Positions 30,960 to 41,334 of a DNA stretch of 64,000 nt are shown one piece after another. Numbering within the stretch: the stretch's first letter is position 1; every line of letters starts with the position of its first letter. Below the pieces are notes generated by a model. It was not told the DNA's origin. It was given only the letters and a program-made list of their open reading frames with translations, and did no database searches. Source of the DNA: an uncultured delta proteobacterium (GTDB lineage Bacteria; Desulfobacterota; Desulfobacteria; Desulfobacterales; JAFDCJ01); NCBI GenBank assembly GCA_963769935.1, contig CAVYNY010000020.1:384001-448000 (forward strand), read 5' to 3'. The position numbers and the translations under genes are program-made.

Positions 30960-31196
30960 CTACTGCCGTATCAGGCGGATGATATTTATTACAATGATTC
31001 CGCCGCTTAATATGACCAGGACAAAGGGTACCCAAATGTAGCCGTTGTATTGTTCCTGGCCGCGTGCGACGGATATCCCGGCTAAGCCGAACAGAAACAC
31101 CAACAACATGAAGGCAATGCTCAGGCCGTATATGGCCTTGGAACGGTACCAGGGTATGATTGCTTTTCTGAATACGGGGCTTTTATCGGAAAGCAT
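30960..31196 (-). CDS. Small two-TM membrane protein, unknown function
   Basis: MLSDKSPVFRKAIIPWY followed by two hydrophobic segments. Confidence 0.6.
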   Translation of the reverse strand: MLSDKSPVFRKAIIPWYRSKAIYGLSIAFMLLVFLFGLAGISVARGQEQYNGYIWVPFVLVILSGGIIVINIIRLIRQ

Positions 31197-31411
31197 GGTT
31201 TTTTTTTGCAATCCTGTGCGCAAAGCATTATATTTCTGTACTGTATTAAACTTTCTACAATCCGATGTCATTTTGGAAGGCTGCTCTTCGATCGAGCCGG
31301 CCGCGAGTCCAAGACGGGTAAACCAGCCTGAGGCAGGTAAACTTCGGCGGCCGGCGCCGGCGTCTGGACTGACATTTAAATCTTAAGCTGAACTGAGAAA
31401 AAAATCAAGAT

Positions 31412-32329
31412 ATGATAAAAAGTCTTCCATTGCTAATTGCGGGCAGGTCTGTACTATGGCTGAATTTTCCTCTAACCGCTTTGATGCTGATGATTTTTCT
31501 AGGGGGATGTACCATGGCGCCACCCAAAAAACTCACGGTCGAAGATATGGCCGCGTCATTCGCAGAGGAGACGATTATTTCTGCGAAACTTGGCAAGCCT
31601 GTGACGTTTGATGAAATGATAGCCGACCTGAACAGCTGCCGGATAACCTATGTGGGTGAAAAACATACCGATGCCGCGCAGCATCGCCACCAGCTTGAAA
31701 TCATTCAGGCCCTTTTCAGGAAAAATTCAACCCTGGCCGTCGGCATGGAAATGTTCGACGTTACATACCAGAACGTACTCGACCAATGGTCGGCCGGCCA
31801 GCTGGATCAAAGGACGTTCCTGCGAAAAGTTCAATGGTATGCCAACTGGGGGTTTGATTTTTCATTGTATAGCGATATCCTTGAATTTATCAAAGAAAAC
31901 CATATTCGATTGGTAGGGTTAAATATACCCGGCTACATCCCCGATCGAATTCGTGAAGGCGGGATTGAGAACCTCACGGATGAAGATAAGAAGTATCTGC
32001 CCAAGGAGATCGACACTTCCAACACTGCCCAACGTGAATATCTTCAGGAAGTGTTCAGCCACCACCATCGTATCCAGAACCGAGTCGAATTTGAAGATTT
32101 TTATACGGCCCAGGTCGTGTGGGAGGAGGCCATGGCAGAGGCGATCGCGCGCAATTTAGATGACAATGCGATGGTTGTGCTCGCCGGCAACGGTCATATC
32201 CAATTTAAGTACGGCATCCCCGACAGGGCATTCAAACGAACCGGTGCGTCCTTTCGAACGGTTTATCAGGCACCGGCCGGAATTGAGGTTAAAAGGGATA
32301 TCGCGGATTATATCTGGGTGACGCCTTAG
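31412..32329 (+). CDS. ChaN family lipoprotein
   Basis: Lipobox-like LGGC; VGEKH..H..Q, GMEMF, AQVVWEEAMA and LAGNGH..YGIP. Confidence 0.85.
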   Translation: MIKSLPLLIAGRSVLWLNFPLTALMLMIFLGGCTMAPPKKLTVEDMAASFAEETIISAKLGKPVTFDEMIADLNSCRITYVGEKHTDAAQHRHQLEIIQALFRKNSTLAVGMEMFDVTYQNVLDQWSAGQLDQRTFLRKVQWYANWGFDFSLYSDILEFIKENHIRLVGLNIPGYIPDRIREGGIENLTDEDKKYLPKEIDTSNTAQREYLQEVFSHHHRIQNRVEFEDFYTAQVVWEEAMAEAIARNLDDNAMVVLAGNGHIQFKYGIPDRAFKRTGASFRTVYQAPAGIEVKRDIADYIWVTP

Positions 32330-32592
32330 GCAGAAGGTTTAAGCGCAAAGAGCACGGCGCATAGGGCATGGCGTAGAGAGATGACAGAAGTCAGATGACA
32401 AAGGATAGAGGGTGAGTGGCTGGGAATGTGTGAAGGTAAGGGAAAAAATACGCAACGCTTACTCATATTGCTGTTTACCTTTAGCCTTTATCCTTTTGCT
32501 TATCACCTCTCTACGATCCAAATTTATCCCGTTAAACCTTTTTGTTTTTTGTTTAACCGGGACGATCTAAACCTTCTAATCCATCCTAACCA
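32330..32592. repeat. Family A element, copy 2
   Basis: Same hairpin core at 32513-32567 and the same CCTTTAGCCTTTATCC run. Confidence 0.85.
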
Positions 32593-32616
32593 TTTAATGT
32601 AAAATATGAGGTACTT

Positions 32617-33519
32617 ATGACAAGCGATGCCAAAGTCTGGTTGAACGGAAATCTTATCCCCTGGCAGAAAGCCACCGTGCCGCTTTTATCGCATGGCTTT
32701 TCCCGCGCTTCTGCAATTTTTGATGTTTTCGGGGTGCATGTTGGACCGGCGGGACCGGCGGCCTTCAGAATGGATGAGCACATTAAGCGGTTGATGAAAA
32801 GTGCGGAGCTGTTGGAAATGCAGATGGCATATTCGGCTGAAGAAATTGCCGCAGCAGTTAAAACAACGGTTAAGGTGAATCGCCTCGGTCGTGGAATCGT
32901 AAAAATGCTGGCCTATTGGGGGGAAGAGGCCGTCATCAAACTGGTGCTGGATTCCAAGCTGGACCTGGCCATCTTTACCATTCCCAAAAGCGAGGAACTG
33001 GCTTTGGACAACCCCAGGCCGCTGTCCGCCTGCTTGTCTAAGTGGCGCAAGATTCACCCTGAAACGGTGCCTGTCGGCGCGAAGGCCTGTTCCAACTATC
33101 TCAACGGCTATCTGGCGCGCCGGGACGCCAACGCTCGCGGTTTTGATATCGGCATTTTGTTGAGCACCGACGGCCTGCTGGCGGAGGGCTCCATCGAATC
33201 GATTTTTATCGTGAAAGACGGCGTTTTAAAAACACCGCCCCTGGGACGGATTCTTTCAAGCATAACCCGCATGTCCATTCTTCAGGTGGCCCCGGAAATC
33301 GGAATTCCCGTCAAGGAGTGCGCCATACCGGCTGATGAACTGTTGTCGGCCGACGAAGTCTTCACGGCCCACACCGGAATAAAAGTCGAACCGGTAAACC
33401 GACTGGAAGATCGTGAATTGCAGGCTCCCGGGCCGATAACCTCCCAGCTGATGCAGCTGATGGATAATATCATCCAGTTCAAAAATGAGCGTTTTAAAGA
33501 CTGGTTTCAGCAGTTGTAA
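32617..33519 (+). CDS. ilvE: Class IV PLP aminotransferase (branched-chain amino acid aminotransferase-like)
   Basis: FRMDEHIKRL, AKACSNY, AEGSIESIF, LSSITR and ADEVF. Confidence 0.8.
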   Translation: MTSDAKVWLNGNLIPWQKATVPLLSHGFSRASAIFDVFGVHVGPAGPAAFRMDEHIKRLMKSAELLEMQMAYSAEEIAAAVKTTVKVNRLGRGIVKMLAYWGEEAVIKLVLDSKLDLAIFTIPKSEELALDNPRPLSACLSKWRKIHPETVPVGAKACSNYLNGYLARRDANARGFDIGILLSTDGLLAEGSIESIFIVKDGVLKTPPLGRILSSITRMSILQVAPEIGIPVKECAIPADELLSADEVFTAHTGIKVEPVNRLEDRELQAPGPITSQLMQLMDNIIQFKNERFKDWFQQL

Positions 33520-33765
33520 ACCGGGAGATAGTCGCTTTGACAGCAAACAGTTTGGTTGATTGCACGTCAACCGCTTTTACCGGCTGAATCCCGTAAGTGT
33601 CCCGGCACAGGAACCAGGCTGAATCGGTTGCAATGCTGCCAGAATCTCATCTTTCCGCCGGGCGACCGGGCAAGCCGCACGATCCCCGGCGCTTGCCAAA
33701 CAATAAACTGACCGGTTGCTTTTGCTTGCGAACGACGCAGGGCAAATTTAATCTTGTTCGGGTCT

Positions 33766-33840
33766 AATTCCCCGCAGCTCGCTGCGATAAGATTGCCGCA
33801 AACCTCGGACAAATACCCCGCTGCTTGCGGCGGGGATGCT
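33766..33840. repeat. Tandem CCCCGC-N-GCTTGC-N-GCGGGG hairpins resembling IS200/IS605-type ends
   Basis: TTCCCCGCAGCTCGCTGCG and ATACCCCGCTGCTTGCGGCGGGGAT. Confidence 0.5.
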
Positions 33841-33845
33841 TTATT

Positions 33846-33898
33846 CCACAACATATTGAAAATAAAATTTGACTTTCCACGATATGTTGTGGTATAAA
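33846..33898 (+). promoter_or_regulatory. Tandem NrdR boxes overlapping the nrdD sigma70 promoter
   Basis: CCACAACATATTGAAA (33846) and CCACGATATGTTGTGG (33877), 31 bp apart; TTGACT..TGgTATAAA. Confidence 0.8.
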
Positions 33899-34160
33899 TA
33901 AATCATCATCGAAAATACCGGGTGCCCACAAAACTTGGCTTTGCACTGTTGCGCGACAGCGATTTTGCCTTTCGAATCGGCGCCGGGCCGACGTTTCCAG
34001 CGGTTTTAATTCCGACCTTAAATTACATTTCTAAAAATGTTCACCCCTGAACAGCAGTGTTAAAAACCGTCTGTCCAGCAGGGCGATGTGCGGGGACATC
34101 CGTTTGCAGCGCGGTGTGCATGCTCGGCGGAGAGAATCGTGATAGTTAACCTGAATATCA

Positions 34161-36278
34161 ATGAAAGCGAAAACTATGTCCGACGCGTTTGAAAAAATCA
34201 AGAAAAGAGATGGAAGAGTTGTTGTGTTTGATTCGCCGAAGATTACAGCCGCCATCGCCAAGGCCGGCGAGGCAACGGGCGAGTTTAAGGAAAAAGAAGC
34301 CCGGAAGCTGACCCTGCGCGTTTTAACCCTGGCCCATGAACTGCGACCGGGTCCGGTCCCGGAAGTGGAGCAGGTTCAGGACATCGTCGAAAGAGTGCTG
34401 TTGGATTCTCCCTACTATAAAACAGCCAAGGCCTACATCATATACCGTGAGCAGCATGCTCAGATTCGACAGATGGCCACCCGGGCCAACGTCGATCTGG
34501 TTGATCACTACATTCAGAAGACAGACTGGAAGGTTAATGAAAACAGTAACATGAGCTATTCGCTGCAGGGCCTTAACAATTATATTTCATCCGACGTGAC
34601 CTCGGAATACTGGCTGAACAGCATTTATCCGCCTGAAATCAGGCGCGCCCATAAAAACGGAGATATCCACATCCATGATCTGAGCCTGCTGTCTGTCTAT
34701 TGCGTCGGTTGGGATTTACAGGACCTGCTCAGACAGGGATTTAAAGGCGTCGAAGGCAAGGTAGAAAGCTCACCGCCGAAACATCTTCGATCCGCACTGG
34801 GCCAAATCGTCAATTTTTTCTACACCCTCCAGGGAGAAGCTGCCGGTGCCCAGGCAATTTCCAATTTCGATACCCTGTTGGCCCCCTTTGTTCGCGATGA
34901 CCGGCTTGATTATGCAGAGGTCAAACAGGCGCTGCAGGAGTTTATTTTCAACATCAACATCCCGACGCGGGTTGGTTTTCAGACACCTTTTACCAATATT
35001 ACCATGGATCTTTATGTACCCGCCATTCTAAAGGATCAACCTGTAATTGTGGGCGGCCGCGACCGGGAGGAAACCTATGGCGATTTTCAGCCGGAAATGG
35101 ATCTGATCAACCGTGCCTTTGCCGAAGTTATGATGGAAGGCGATGCCAAAGGCCGGGTTTTTTCTTTCCCGATCCCCACTTATAATATTACCGCTGATTT
35201 CGACTGGAGCAGTCCCAATCTGGAACCTGTCTGGAAGATGACCGGCAGGTACGGGATTCCCTATTTTTCAAACTTTGTCAATTCGGACATGTCGCCTGAA
35301 GATGCCCGCTCCATGTGCTGCCGGCTGCGTTTGGACAACCGGGAACTCTTAAAGCGGGGCGGCGGCCTGTTCGGCGCCAATCCGTTGACCGGTTCGATTG
35401 GTGTGGTGACCATTAATTTGCCCCGCATCGGATATGCCAGTCAAATCAAAAGTGAATTCTATGCCGGCCTTATCCTGCAACTGCAGCTGGCGGTGGAAAG
35501 CTTGTCCATCAAGCGCAAGGTCCTTGAGAAGTTTACCGATCAACATCTGTATCCCTACTCAGAATTCTATCTGAGAGAAGTTAAAAACGGTACCGGTCGT
35601 TACTGGAAGAATCATTTCTCGACCATCGGTATTATCGGGATGAACGAGGCCTGCCTGAATTTTCTGGGTGAGGATATAACCACTGAACACGGCCAGCAGT
35701 TTTCGTTGGAGGTCATGACGTTTATCCGCGATCATCTCTCCAAAGTTCAGGAAGAATCCGGCGAAATTTTCAATCTGGAAGCCACGCCGGCGGAAGGCAC
35801 ATCCTATCGGCTGGCCATGCTGGATAAAGAGAAATACCCGGGTATCTTATGCGCCAATGATGCTGATTTTCAAAAGGGCGCATCACCTTACTATACCAAT
35901 TCCAGCCAGCTGCCGGTGAACTATACCGATGACATCTTCGAGACGTTGCGGCTGCAGGACGATTTGCAGGCCCAATATACCGGTGGGACTGTTTTACACA
36001 TTTTTCTCGGCGAGCAGGTCAGCGATAACGAGGCCATCAAAAGCCTGATCAGAAAAATAGCGACCAATTACAAGCTGCCGTACTTCACCCTCACGCCGAC
36101 CTTCAGCATATGTCCCTCGCACGGATATCTTGCAGGGGAGCAAAGGACCTGTTCGATTTGCCACCAGGAAACGGAAGTGTATTCGCGGGTGGTCGGCTAC
36201 CTGAGGCCGGTCAAACAGTGGAACAACGGTAAACTGGCCGAGTACAGCAACCGCAAGACATTCAAGGTGGCGAGCTAG
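34161..36278 (+). CDS. nrdD: Anaerobic (class III) ribonucleoside-triphosphate reductase with ATP cone
   Basis: IKKRDG ATP cone, HIHDL, YC, SMCCRL, EATPAE, CPSH..CSIC and YSRVVGY glycyl loop. Confidence 0.97.
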   Translation: MKAKTMSDAFEKIKKRDGRVVVFDSPKITAAIAKAGEATGEFKEKEARKLTLRVLTLAHELRPGPVPEVEQVQDIVERVLLDSPYYKTAKAYIIYREQHAQIRQMATRANVDLVDHYIQKTDWKVNENSNMSYSLQGLNNYISSDVTSEYWLNSIYPPEIRRAHKNGDIHIHDLSLLSVYCVGWDLQDLLRQGFKGVEGKVESSPPKHLRSALGQIVNFFYTLQGEAAGAQAISNFDTLLAPFVRDDRLDYAEVKQALQEFIFNINIPTRVGFQTPFTNITMDLYVPAILKDQPVIVGGRDREETYGDFQPEMDLINRAFAEVMMEGDAKGRVFSFPIPTYNITADFDWSSPNLEPVWKMTGRYGIPYFSNFVNSDMSPEDARSMCCRLRLDNRELLKRGGGLFGANPLTGSIGVVTINLPRIGYASQIKSEFYAGLILQLQLAVESLSIKRKVLEKFTDQHLYPYSEFYLREVKNGTGRYWKNHFSTIGIIGMNEACLNFLGEDITTEHGQQFSLEVMTFIRDHLSKVQEESGEIFNLEATPAEGTSYRLAMLDKEKYPGILCANDADFQKGASPYYTNSSQLPVNYTDDIFETLRLQDDLQAQYTGGTVLHIFLGEQVSDNEAIKSLIRKIATNYKLPYFTLTPTFSICPSHGYLAGEQRTCSICHQETEVYSRVVGYLRPVKQWNNGKLAEYSNRKTFKVAS

Positions 36279-36590
36279 ACAGAGGACAAAAGAAAGGTTT
36301 CAGGTGTCAGAGAGGAAAAGGCCTTAGGGCATAGAGCATAGCGTAGAGAGAGGACAGAAAACAGAGATCAAAGGAAAGAGGGTAAGACGGCCGGGAAGGT
36401 GGGGAAGAAATCCGCAATCCGTACTCATATTACCATTTACCTTTACCTTTAGCCTTTAACCTTTTTCCTTTTGCCTATCAACCATGAACTATCAACTCAA
36501 TCAATTCAATCAACTGAACGATCCAAATTTATCCCGTTAAACCTTTTTGTTTTTTGTTTAACCGGGACGATCTGAACGAACTTAACCATC
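36279..36590. repeat. Family A element, copy 3, between nrdD and nrdG
   Basis: Hairpin core at 36518-36572 near-identical to copies 1 and 2. Confidence 0.85.
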
Positions 36591-36606
36591 AAACATAATT
36601 CAAAAT

Positions 36607-37305
36607 ATGCAAATCGGCGGTCTCCAAAAAAATTCTTTGATTGATTACCCGGGCAAGTTAAGTTCCGTCATCTTTTGTGCGGGCTGCAACTTCGACTGCC
36701 CGTATTGCCATAATCCGGATTTGGTCAGGGGGCCGTCGAAGTGTTCAAATCAACTGAATAGCGGAATGGTTTGTGGTTTTCTCGATCAGCGCCGGGGGTT
36801 TCTGGATGGCGTCGTCATCTCCGGCGGCGAACCCACCTTGCAGCCCGATCTGGCGGATCTTTGCCGAAAAATTAAAGATCTTGGATTCCCTCTGAAACTG
36901 GATACCAACGGAAGCCGTCCGCGGGTGCTCAAGGGTCTGATCGATAAAGGGCTGGTGGACTACATCGCCATGGATCTCAAAACCGATCCCGTGTTGTACC
37001 GAACTTTTATCAAGCCGGACTGCCGGTCGGATCCCATTGTTGCCAGTGTCGAGCTGATCATGAAATCCGGGATTGACTATGAATTCAGAACTACCTGCGT
37101 CAAACCGATTGTAACCCGGCGGACGATTGAAAATATTCTGCAATTGATTCAGGGAGCCGGGCTTTACGTCCTGCAGCGCTTCCGCAACAGCGAAGTGCTG
37201 CATCCCGAGTTTTTTCAGTCCGGCGATTGTGAATGCGGCCCTGAGGCTTTATCGAAATTCAAGGCGCTTGCCGACCACTGGGTCGATGAATGCATCATCC
37301 GATAA
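36607..37305 (+). CDS. nrdG: Anaerobic RNR activating radical SAM enzyme
   Basis: GCNFDCPYCHN, SGGEPT and DTNG; adjacent to nrdD. Confidence 0.93.
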   Translation: MQIGGLQKNSLIDYPGKLSSVIFCAGCNFDCPYCHNPDLVRGPSKCSNQLNSGMVCGFLDQRRGFLDGVVISGGEPTLQPDLADLCRKIKDLGFPLKLDTNGSRPRVLKGLIDKGLVDYIAMDLKTDPVLYRTFIKPDCRSDPIVASVELIMKSGIDYEFRTTCVKPIVTRRTIENILQLIQGAGLYVLQRFRNSEVLHPEFFQSGDCECGPEALSKFKALADHWVDECIIR

Positions 37306-37687
37306 TTAATCCCCAAAAGCGATCGAACGCAATTAGACCCCACACAATGGCCGCTGTCAGCATGCTTAAAAAGGCAGCCGCCGACCCCATGTCTTTGGCG
37401 CGACCCGACAATTCATGGTGTTCCGTCCCGATGCGGTCCACTACCGACTCTATCGCTGAATTCAGCAGTTCGGTTATGAGAATCAACAGGCAGGAAGCGA
37501 CCAGCAGGGCGCGTTCGGCAGCCGATCTCCCCAGCCAAAATCCCACGGGCATCATTAGCATGATGGTTATTGTTTCAATCCGAAAAGCCAGTTCATTTTG
37601 CCAGGCCGTTTTAACTCCGGCCGACGACCAGATAAGGGCGTTTACAATGTGGCCTAAAACCGATTCCTTCGCTTCTGCCATGAGCAC
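37295..37687 (-). CDS. dgkA: Diacylglycerol kinase
   Basis: ELAFRIE, ELLNSAIESVVD and AKDMGSAA. Confidence 0.95.
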   Translation of the reverse strand: MLMAEAKESVLGHIVNALIWSSAGVKTAWQNELAFRIETITIMLMMPVGFWLGRSAAERALLVASCLLILITELLNSAIESVVDRIGTEHHELSGRAKDMGSAAAFLSMLTAAIVWGLIAFDRFWGLIIG

Positions 37688-37747
37688 CTGCCTGTTTTAG
37701 TGTCCTAAGGGTGATTTCTGTGAAGATTTTGATCCGCCTGCGGATTT

Positions 37748-37821
37748 GCCACCAGGACTCAAAGACGCAAAGAGGCGTATTAACCAAAGGTTTCGCTTTG
37801 TATCTGGGTGCCTTTGTGGCA
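37748..37821. repeat. Short GCCAC..AAAG / CTTT..GTGGC inverted repeat
   Basis: GCCACCAGGACTCAAAGACGCAAAG ... CTTTGTATCTGGGTGCCTTTGTGGC. Confidence 0.55.
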
Positions 37822-38119
37822 ATTTTTTCCGGCTTGGCCGGATTGAATTATATCATCTTGCAATCCTCAATACTCAATTCCGGCTCCTGCGGGTTGGCCT
37901 TTTATAAACCATTTTGAAACTTCTGGCAAAAGCTGTTCAATAACTATTGTCTTGCAGGACGATCCATGGTACTGGATCAGGTCAAATTGTCAATAGACGT
38001 TTGTTAAGACACCAGCCGCCCTGCCCAGCACTAGACTGTTGATCGATTCCGGGTGGTTGCGGGTGGTATCCGGCGGGCTCCGGCAGGCTGACCCGATGGT
38101 TCGAAAGGAGGTAGAATCA

Positions 38120-38614
38120 ATGAAAAACGGCAACAAAGTCCTGGTGTTGGTTTCTGTTGTTATCGTAGCTTTCATTTTGCAGGTGATACTGATCATCGTG
38201 GATCATCACGACTCTCCCGGCAAGGCCGCGGTGGAATTCTCCCAAGCATATTTTAAGCTGAGCCCGTCTATGGCCGATCAACTTTGCAGTGAAATAACCG
38301 CCGATGAAGACGGTAATGTGGTGGGCGATTATATAAATCGGATGGCCGACGAAGCCAGAGCCAATGGTTTTGAACCCGGCTGGATGAAAATGGCCCTTTC
38401 CCACATCAAACTCACAACCAAGATGGTTAATCCAAATACGGCTGAAGTTCATATCACCTGCACCCGCAGGCGTGCCATGAATCCGGTTTTCGGGATCGTT
38501 TCCAAAATTTTTTCCCTCGGCGAAACCCACAAGGTGGTTGCGACGCTGACCGTCGTCAAAGAAGGCGGCACCTGGAAAGTTTGCGGCCAACCATATTCAC
38601 TGATTGAAGGTTAA
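38120..38614 (+). CDS. Membrane-anchored hypothetical protein
   Basis: AAGGAGG RBS and N-terminal TM helix. Confidence 0.7.
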   Translation: MKNGNKVLVLVSVVIVAFILQVILIIVDHHDSPGKAAVEFSQAYFKLSPSMADQLCSEITADEDGNVVGDYINRMADEARANGFEPGWMKMALSHIKLTTKMVNPNTAEVHITCTRRRAMNPVFGIVSKIFSLGETHKVVATLTVVKEGGTWKVCGQPYSLIEG

Positions 38615-38624
38615 TTCCCGTAAG

Positions 38625-39383
38625 ATGCAAGCAATCTATGTCCGCCTTCGTGAGCGAGCCCGCCAAATCGTCGCCGGCTTTCCCCCGCCGGATTTCTATC
38701 GCGACCATGCTCAAGCCTATACTTATTCCAGGCAGTATTTAAAAAATGATCCGGTTTTGGCTAGATTGCACCAATTCGTGGAACTCAATCTGGAAAATGA
38801 CTTTGGTCACGGTTTGCAGCACGCGATAAAAGTGACCGAAGACGCCGGCGCGCTTATGCACATAGAAGGGCCGGCAGCCGGCTACACCGAGGTCAAATTA
38901 AAACGCCGGATGAGTATCGTTCAATGCGCCGGGCTTTTGCACGATATCAAACGTAAAAAGAAAGACCACGCCCGCCTCGGTGCCGAGCATGCCCGCCAGG
39001 TTCTGAAAAATTACCCGTTGGAACCCGATGAGATCGATGATGTTTGCCGGGCAATCCAGAATCATGAAGCCTTTAAAGAAGTCATAGATATTGGGACGCC
39101 GGAAGGTATGCTGGTATCCGACTGTCTTTATGATGCGGACAAGTTCCGGTGGGGGCCTGATAATTTTACCCATACGCTGTGGGACATGATCTCCTTTTAC
39201 AATCCCCCGCTCTCAAAATTTATGGCCCGCTATCCCGAAGGCATGGCGGGACTTGAAAAAATCAAAGTCACTTTCCGGACCAAAACCGGGGAAAAATACG
39301 GCCCCGGGTTCATTGATCTCGGTCTGGCCATCGGTAAGAAGCTCCATGATGTGATTCTGTCTGAATTTTCTGATTATCTGTAA
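38625..39383 (+). CDS. HD-domain phosphohydrolase
   Basis: HGLQH, LLHDI, DHA..GA, NHE and DADK. Confidence 0.85.
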   Translation: MQAIYVRLRERARQIVAGFPPPDFYRDHAQAYTYSRQYLKNDPVLARLHQFVELNLENDFGHGLQHAIKVTEDAGALMHIEGPAAGYTEVKLKRRMSIVQCAGLLHDIKRKKKDHARLGAEHARQVLKNYPLEPDEIDDVCRAIQNHEAFKEVIDIGTPEGMLVSDCLYDADKFRWGPDNFTHTLWDMISFYNPPLSKFMARYPEGMAGLEKIKVTFRTKTGEKYGPGFIDLGLAIGKKLHDVILSEFSDYL

Positions 39384-39494
39384 TCGCGCCGATTTAATCT
39401 ACTAACCTTGAAAGCAGATTGCATCTATCTGAACAGGCTGGCTGAACGGGCTGGATGTGACCATGACGATGCTTAAAGATCGACGTATTCTTGT

Positions 39495-39523
39495 TTGACA
39501 GCTATAGCGGTTTTCAATATACT
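39495..39523 (+). promoter_or_regulatory. sigma70 promoter
   Basis: TTGACA-N17-TATACT. Confidence 0.65.
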
Positions 39524-39594
39524 GAAACCATACCAATTTTTTACACTAATCGCTGCTACCGCTACCCGTTAACCCACAGCTCAAGGAGGCAGAT

Positions 39595-41334
39595 ATGGCT
39601 GCAACGAATTGGCCCACATCCAACTGGCCGGAAGGCGTTCCCCAGGATGTAACCGATTACGATAAACCGCTGTTTTCTGTTCTGGATGACGCCGCCGGGG
39701 ATTATCCCAACCAGGTTTACACGATATTTAATGACGCCGCCCGAACGTACGCCCAGGTAAAGGATACGGCTGACCGCGTGGCAAGCTTCCTGGCTGCGCG
39801 CGGAATTCAAAAGGGCGACCGGGTCGCTGTTTTTTTGCCGAATCTACCCCATTACCCGGCTATTTTTTTCGGTATTCTCAAAGCCGGTGCGATTTGTGTG
39901 ACCTGCAATCCTTTATATAAATCCAATGAACTCAATTATCAGCTGAAAGATTCCGGCGTCAAAGCCGTCTTTTGCATGGATCATCCCCAATTTTATCCCA
40001 CGACGGTTGCCGCTATCAGGGGAACCACCGTCGAGACCGTGGTTGTTTGCGGCGTTAAATCCTACCTGCCGTTTCTCAAGGGATTCCTGGGCGGACTGCT
40101 GGGCAAAATTCCCAGGGCTGAGAAGTACGAACCCGGCCATCTGTTTTTTGATGATGTTGTGGCCGCTGCTACACTGCCGCCGCCTCCCGTCGACATAAAT
40201 CCAGCCGAAGATCCGGCGCTTATCATTTATACCGGCGGTACCACGGGAGTCCCCAAAGGGGCGGTTCTAACGCACAGCAATTTTGTCTATGATTTGACGG
40301 CCGCCAACGAGTGGATTCGCCTGGTCCATGAACCCGGCGCCAAGGCGGAAAAAGTTCGCCAGGGAGGATATCACACTTATCTCGGTGTTTTGCCCTGGTA
40401 CCATAGTTTCGGCATGACCTGTGCCCTGCTTTCCGCCTGTTCATCCGGCAGCAGGCTGATCTGCGTGCCGGACCCCCGGGCCGGGAATCCGCCGTTCACC
40501 GAAGTTTTAAAAATTGTCCAGAAACATCGTCCGACCGTTATGCCTGCCGTACCCACGATCTTCGTGGCTTTTACAAATCACGCCCATCTCGACCAGTACG
40601 ATCTGAGTTCGCTCATGGGGTGTTTTTCCGGTGGCGCACCTCTGCCGCCTGAAGTCTGCCGCCAGTTTGAAGAAAAAACCGGGGCGGTTATTTTTGAGGG
40701 CTATGGGTTGAGTGAAACCGCACCGATTGCCACAGTCAACCCGACGAATCCGGATCAGCGCAAGATCGGCACCATCGGTTTTCCGATACCCGGCACGGAC
40801 ATCAAGATACTGGACCTTGATACCGGGACCTCGGAACTGCCCCAAGGCGAAGACGGCGAGATTGCCATCTGCGGACCGCAAGTTATGCAAGGCTACTGGA
40901 ACAAGCCGGAAGAAAATGAAAAAGTATTTCGGGAGATTGGCGGGAGACGTTATTTCCTGACCGGTGATATCGGCCATATCGATGAAGACGGATACATCCT
41001 CATCACCGATCGTAAAAAGGACATGGTGCTGGTCGGCGGGTTCAATGTTTATCCGCGGGATGTGGAAGATATTCTTTTCCAACACCCCAAAGTGGGCCTG
41101 GCTGCCGTGGTCGGCGTGCCGAATGCCAAGAGCGGAGAAGTTGTTAAAGCATACATTCAGCTCAAACCGGGCGAAACTGCCAGCGAGCAGGAAATTCTTG
41201 AGTTCTGCAAGGAGAACATGGCCGGATACAAGCGTCCCAAAATCATCGAGTTCAGAAATGAATTGCCGATTTCAAATGTCGGCAAAATCCTGCGCCGGGT
41301 ATTAAGGGACGAGGAGCGTGGTAAAGCCAAATGA
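39595..41334 (+). CDS. Long-chain fatty acid-CoA ligase (FadD-like)
   Basis: YTGGTTGVPKG, EGYGLSET, TGDIG, DRKKD and GKILRR. Confidence 0.93.
   Translation: MAATNWPTSNWPEGVPQDVTDYDKPLFSVLDDAAGDYPNQVYTIFNDAARTYAQVKDTADRVASFLAARGIQKGDRVAVFLPNLPHYPAIFFGILKAGAICVTCNPLYKSNELNYQLKDSGVKAVFCMDHPQFYPTTVAAIRGTTVETVVVCGVKSYLPFLKGFLGGLLGKIPRAEKYEPGHLFFDDVVAAATLPPPPVDINPAEDPALIIYTGGTTGVPKGAVLTHSNFVYDLTAANEWIRLVHEPGAKAEKVRQGGYHTYLGVLPWYHSFGMTCALLSACSSGSRLICVPDPRAGNPPFTEVLKIVQKHRPTVMPAVPTIFVAFTNHAHLDQYDLSSLMGCFSGGAPLPPEVCRQFEEKTGAVIFEGYGLSETAPIATVNPTNPDQRKIGTIGFPIPGTDIKILDLDTGTSELPQGEDGEIAICGPQVMQGYWNKPEENEKVFREIGGRRYFLTGDIGHIDEDGYILITDRKKDMVLVGGFNVYPRDVEDILFQHPKVGLAAVVGVPNAKSGEVVKAYIQLKPGETASEQEILEFCKENMAGYKRPKIIEFRNELPISNVGKILRRVLRDEERGKAK

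Noticed and set aside
33900..34160. Cobalamin riboswitch upstream of nrdD
   Set aside because: No recognisable B12-box or GCCACTG core motifs.
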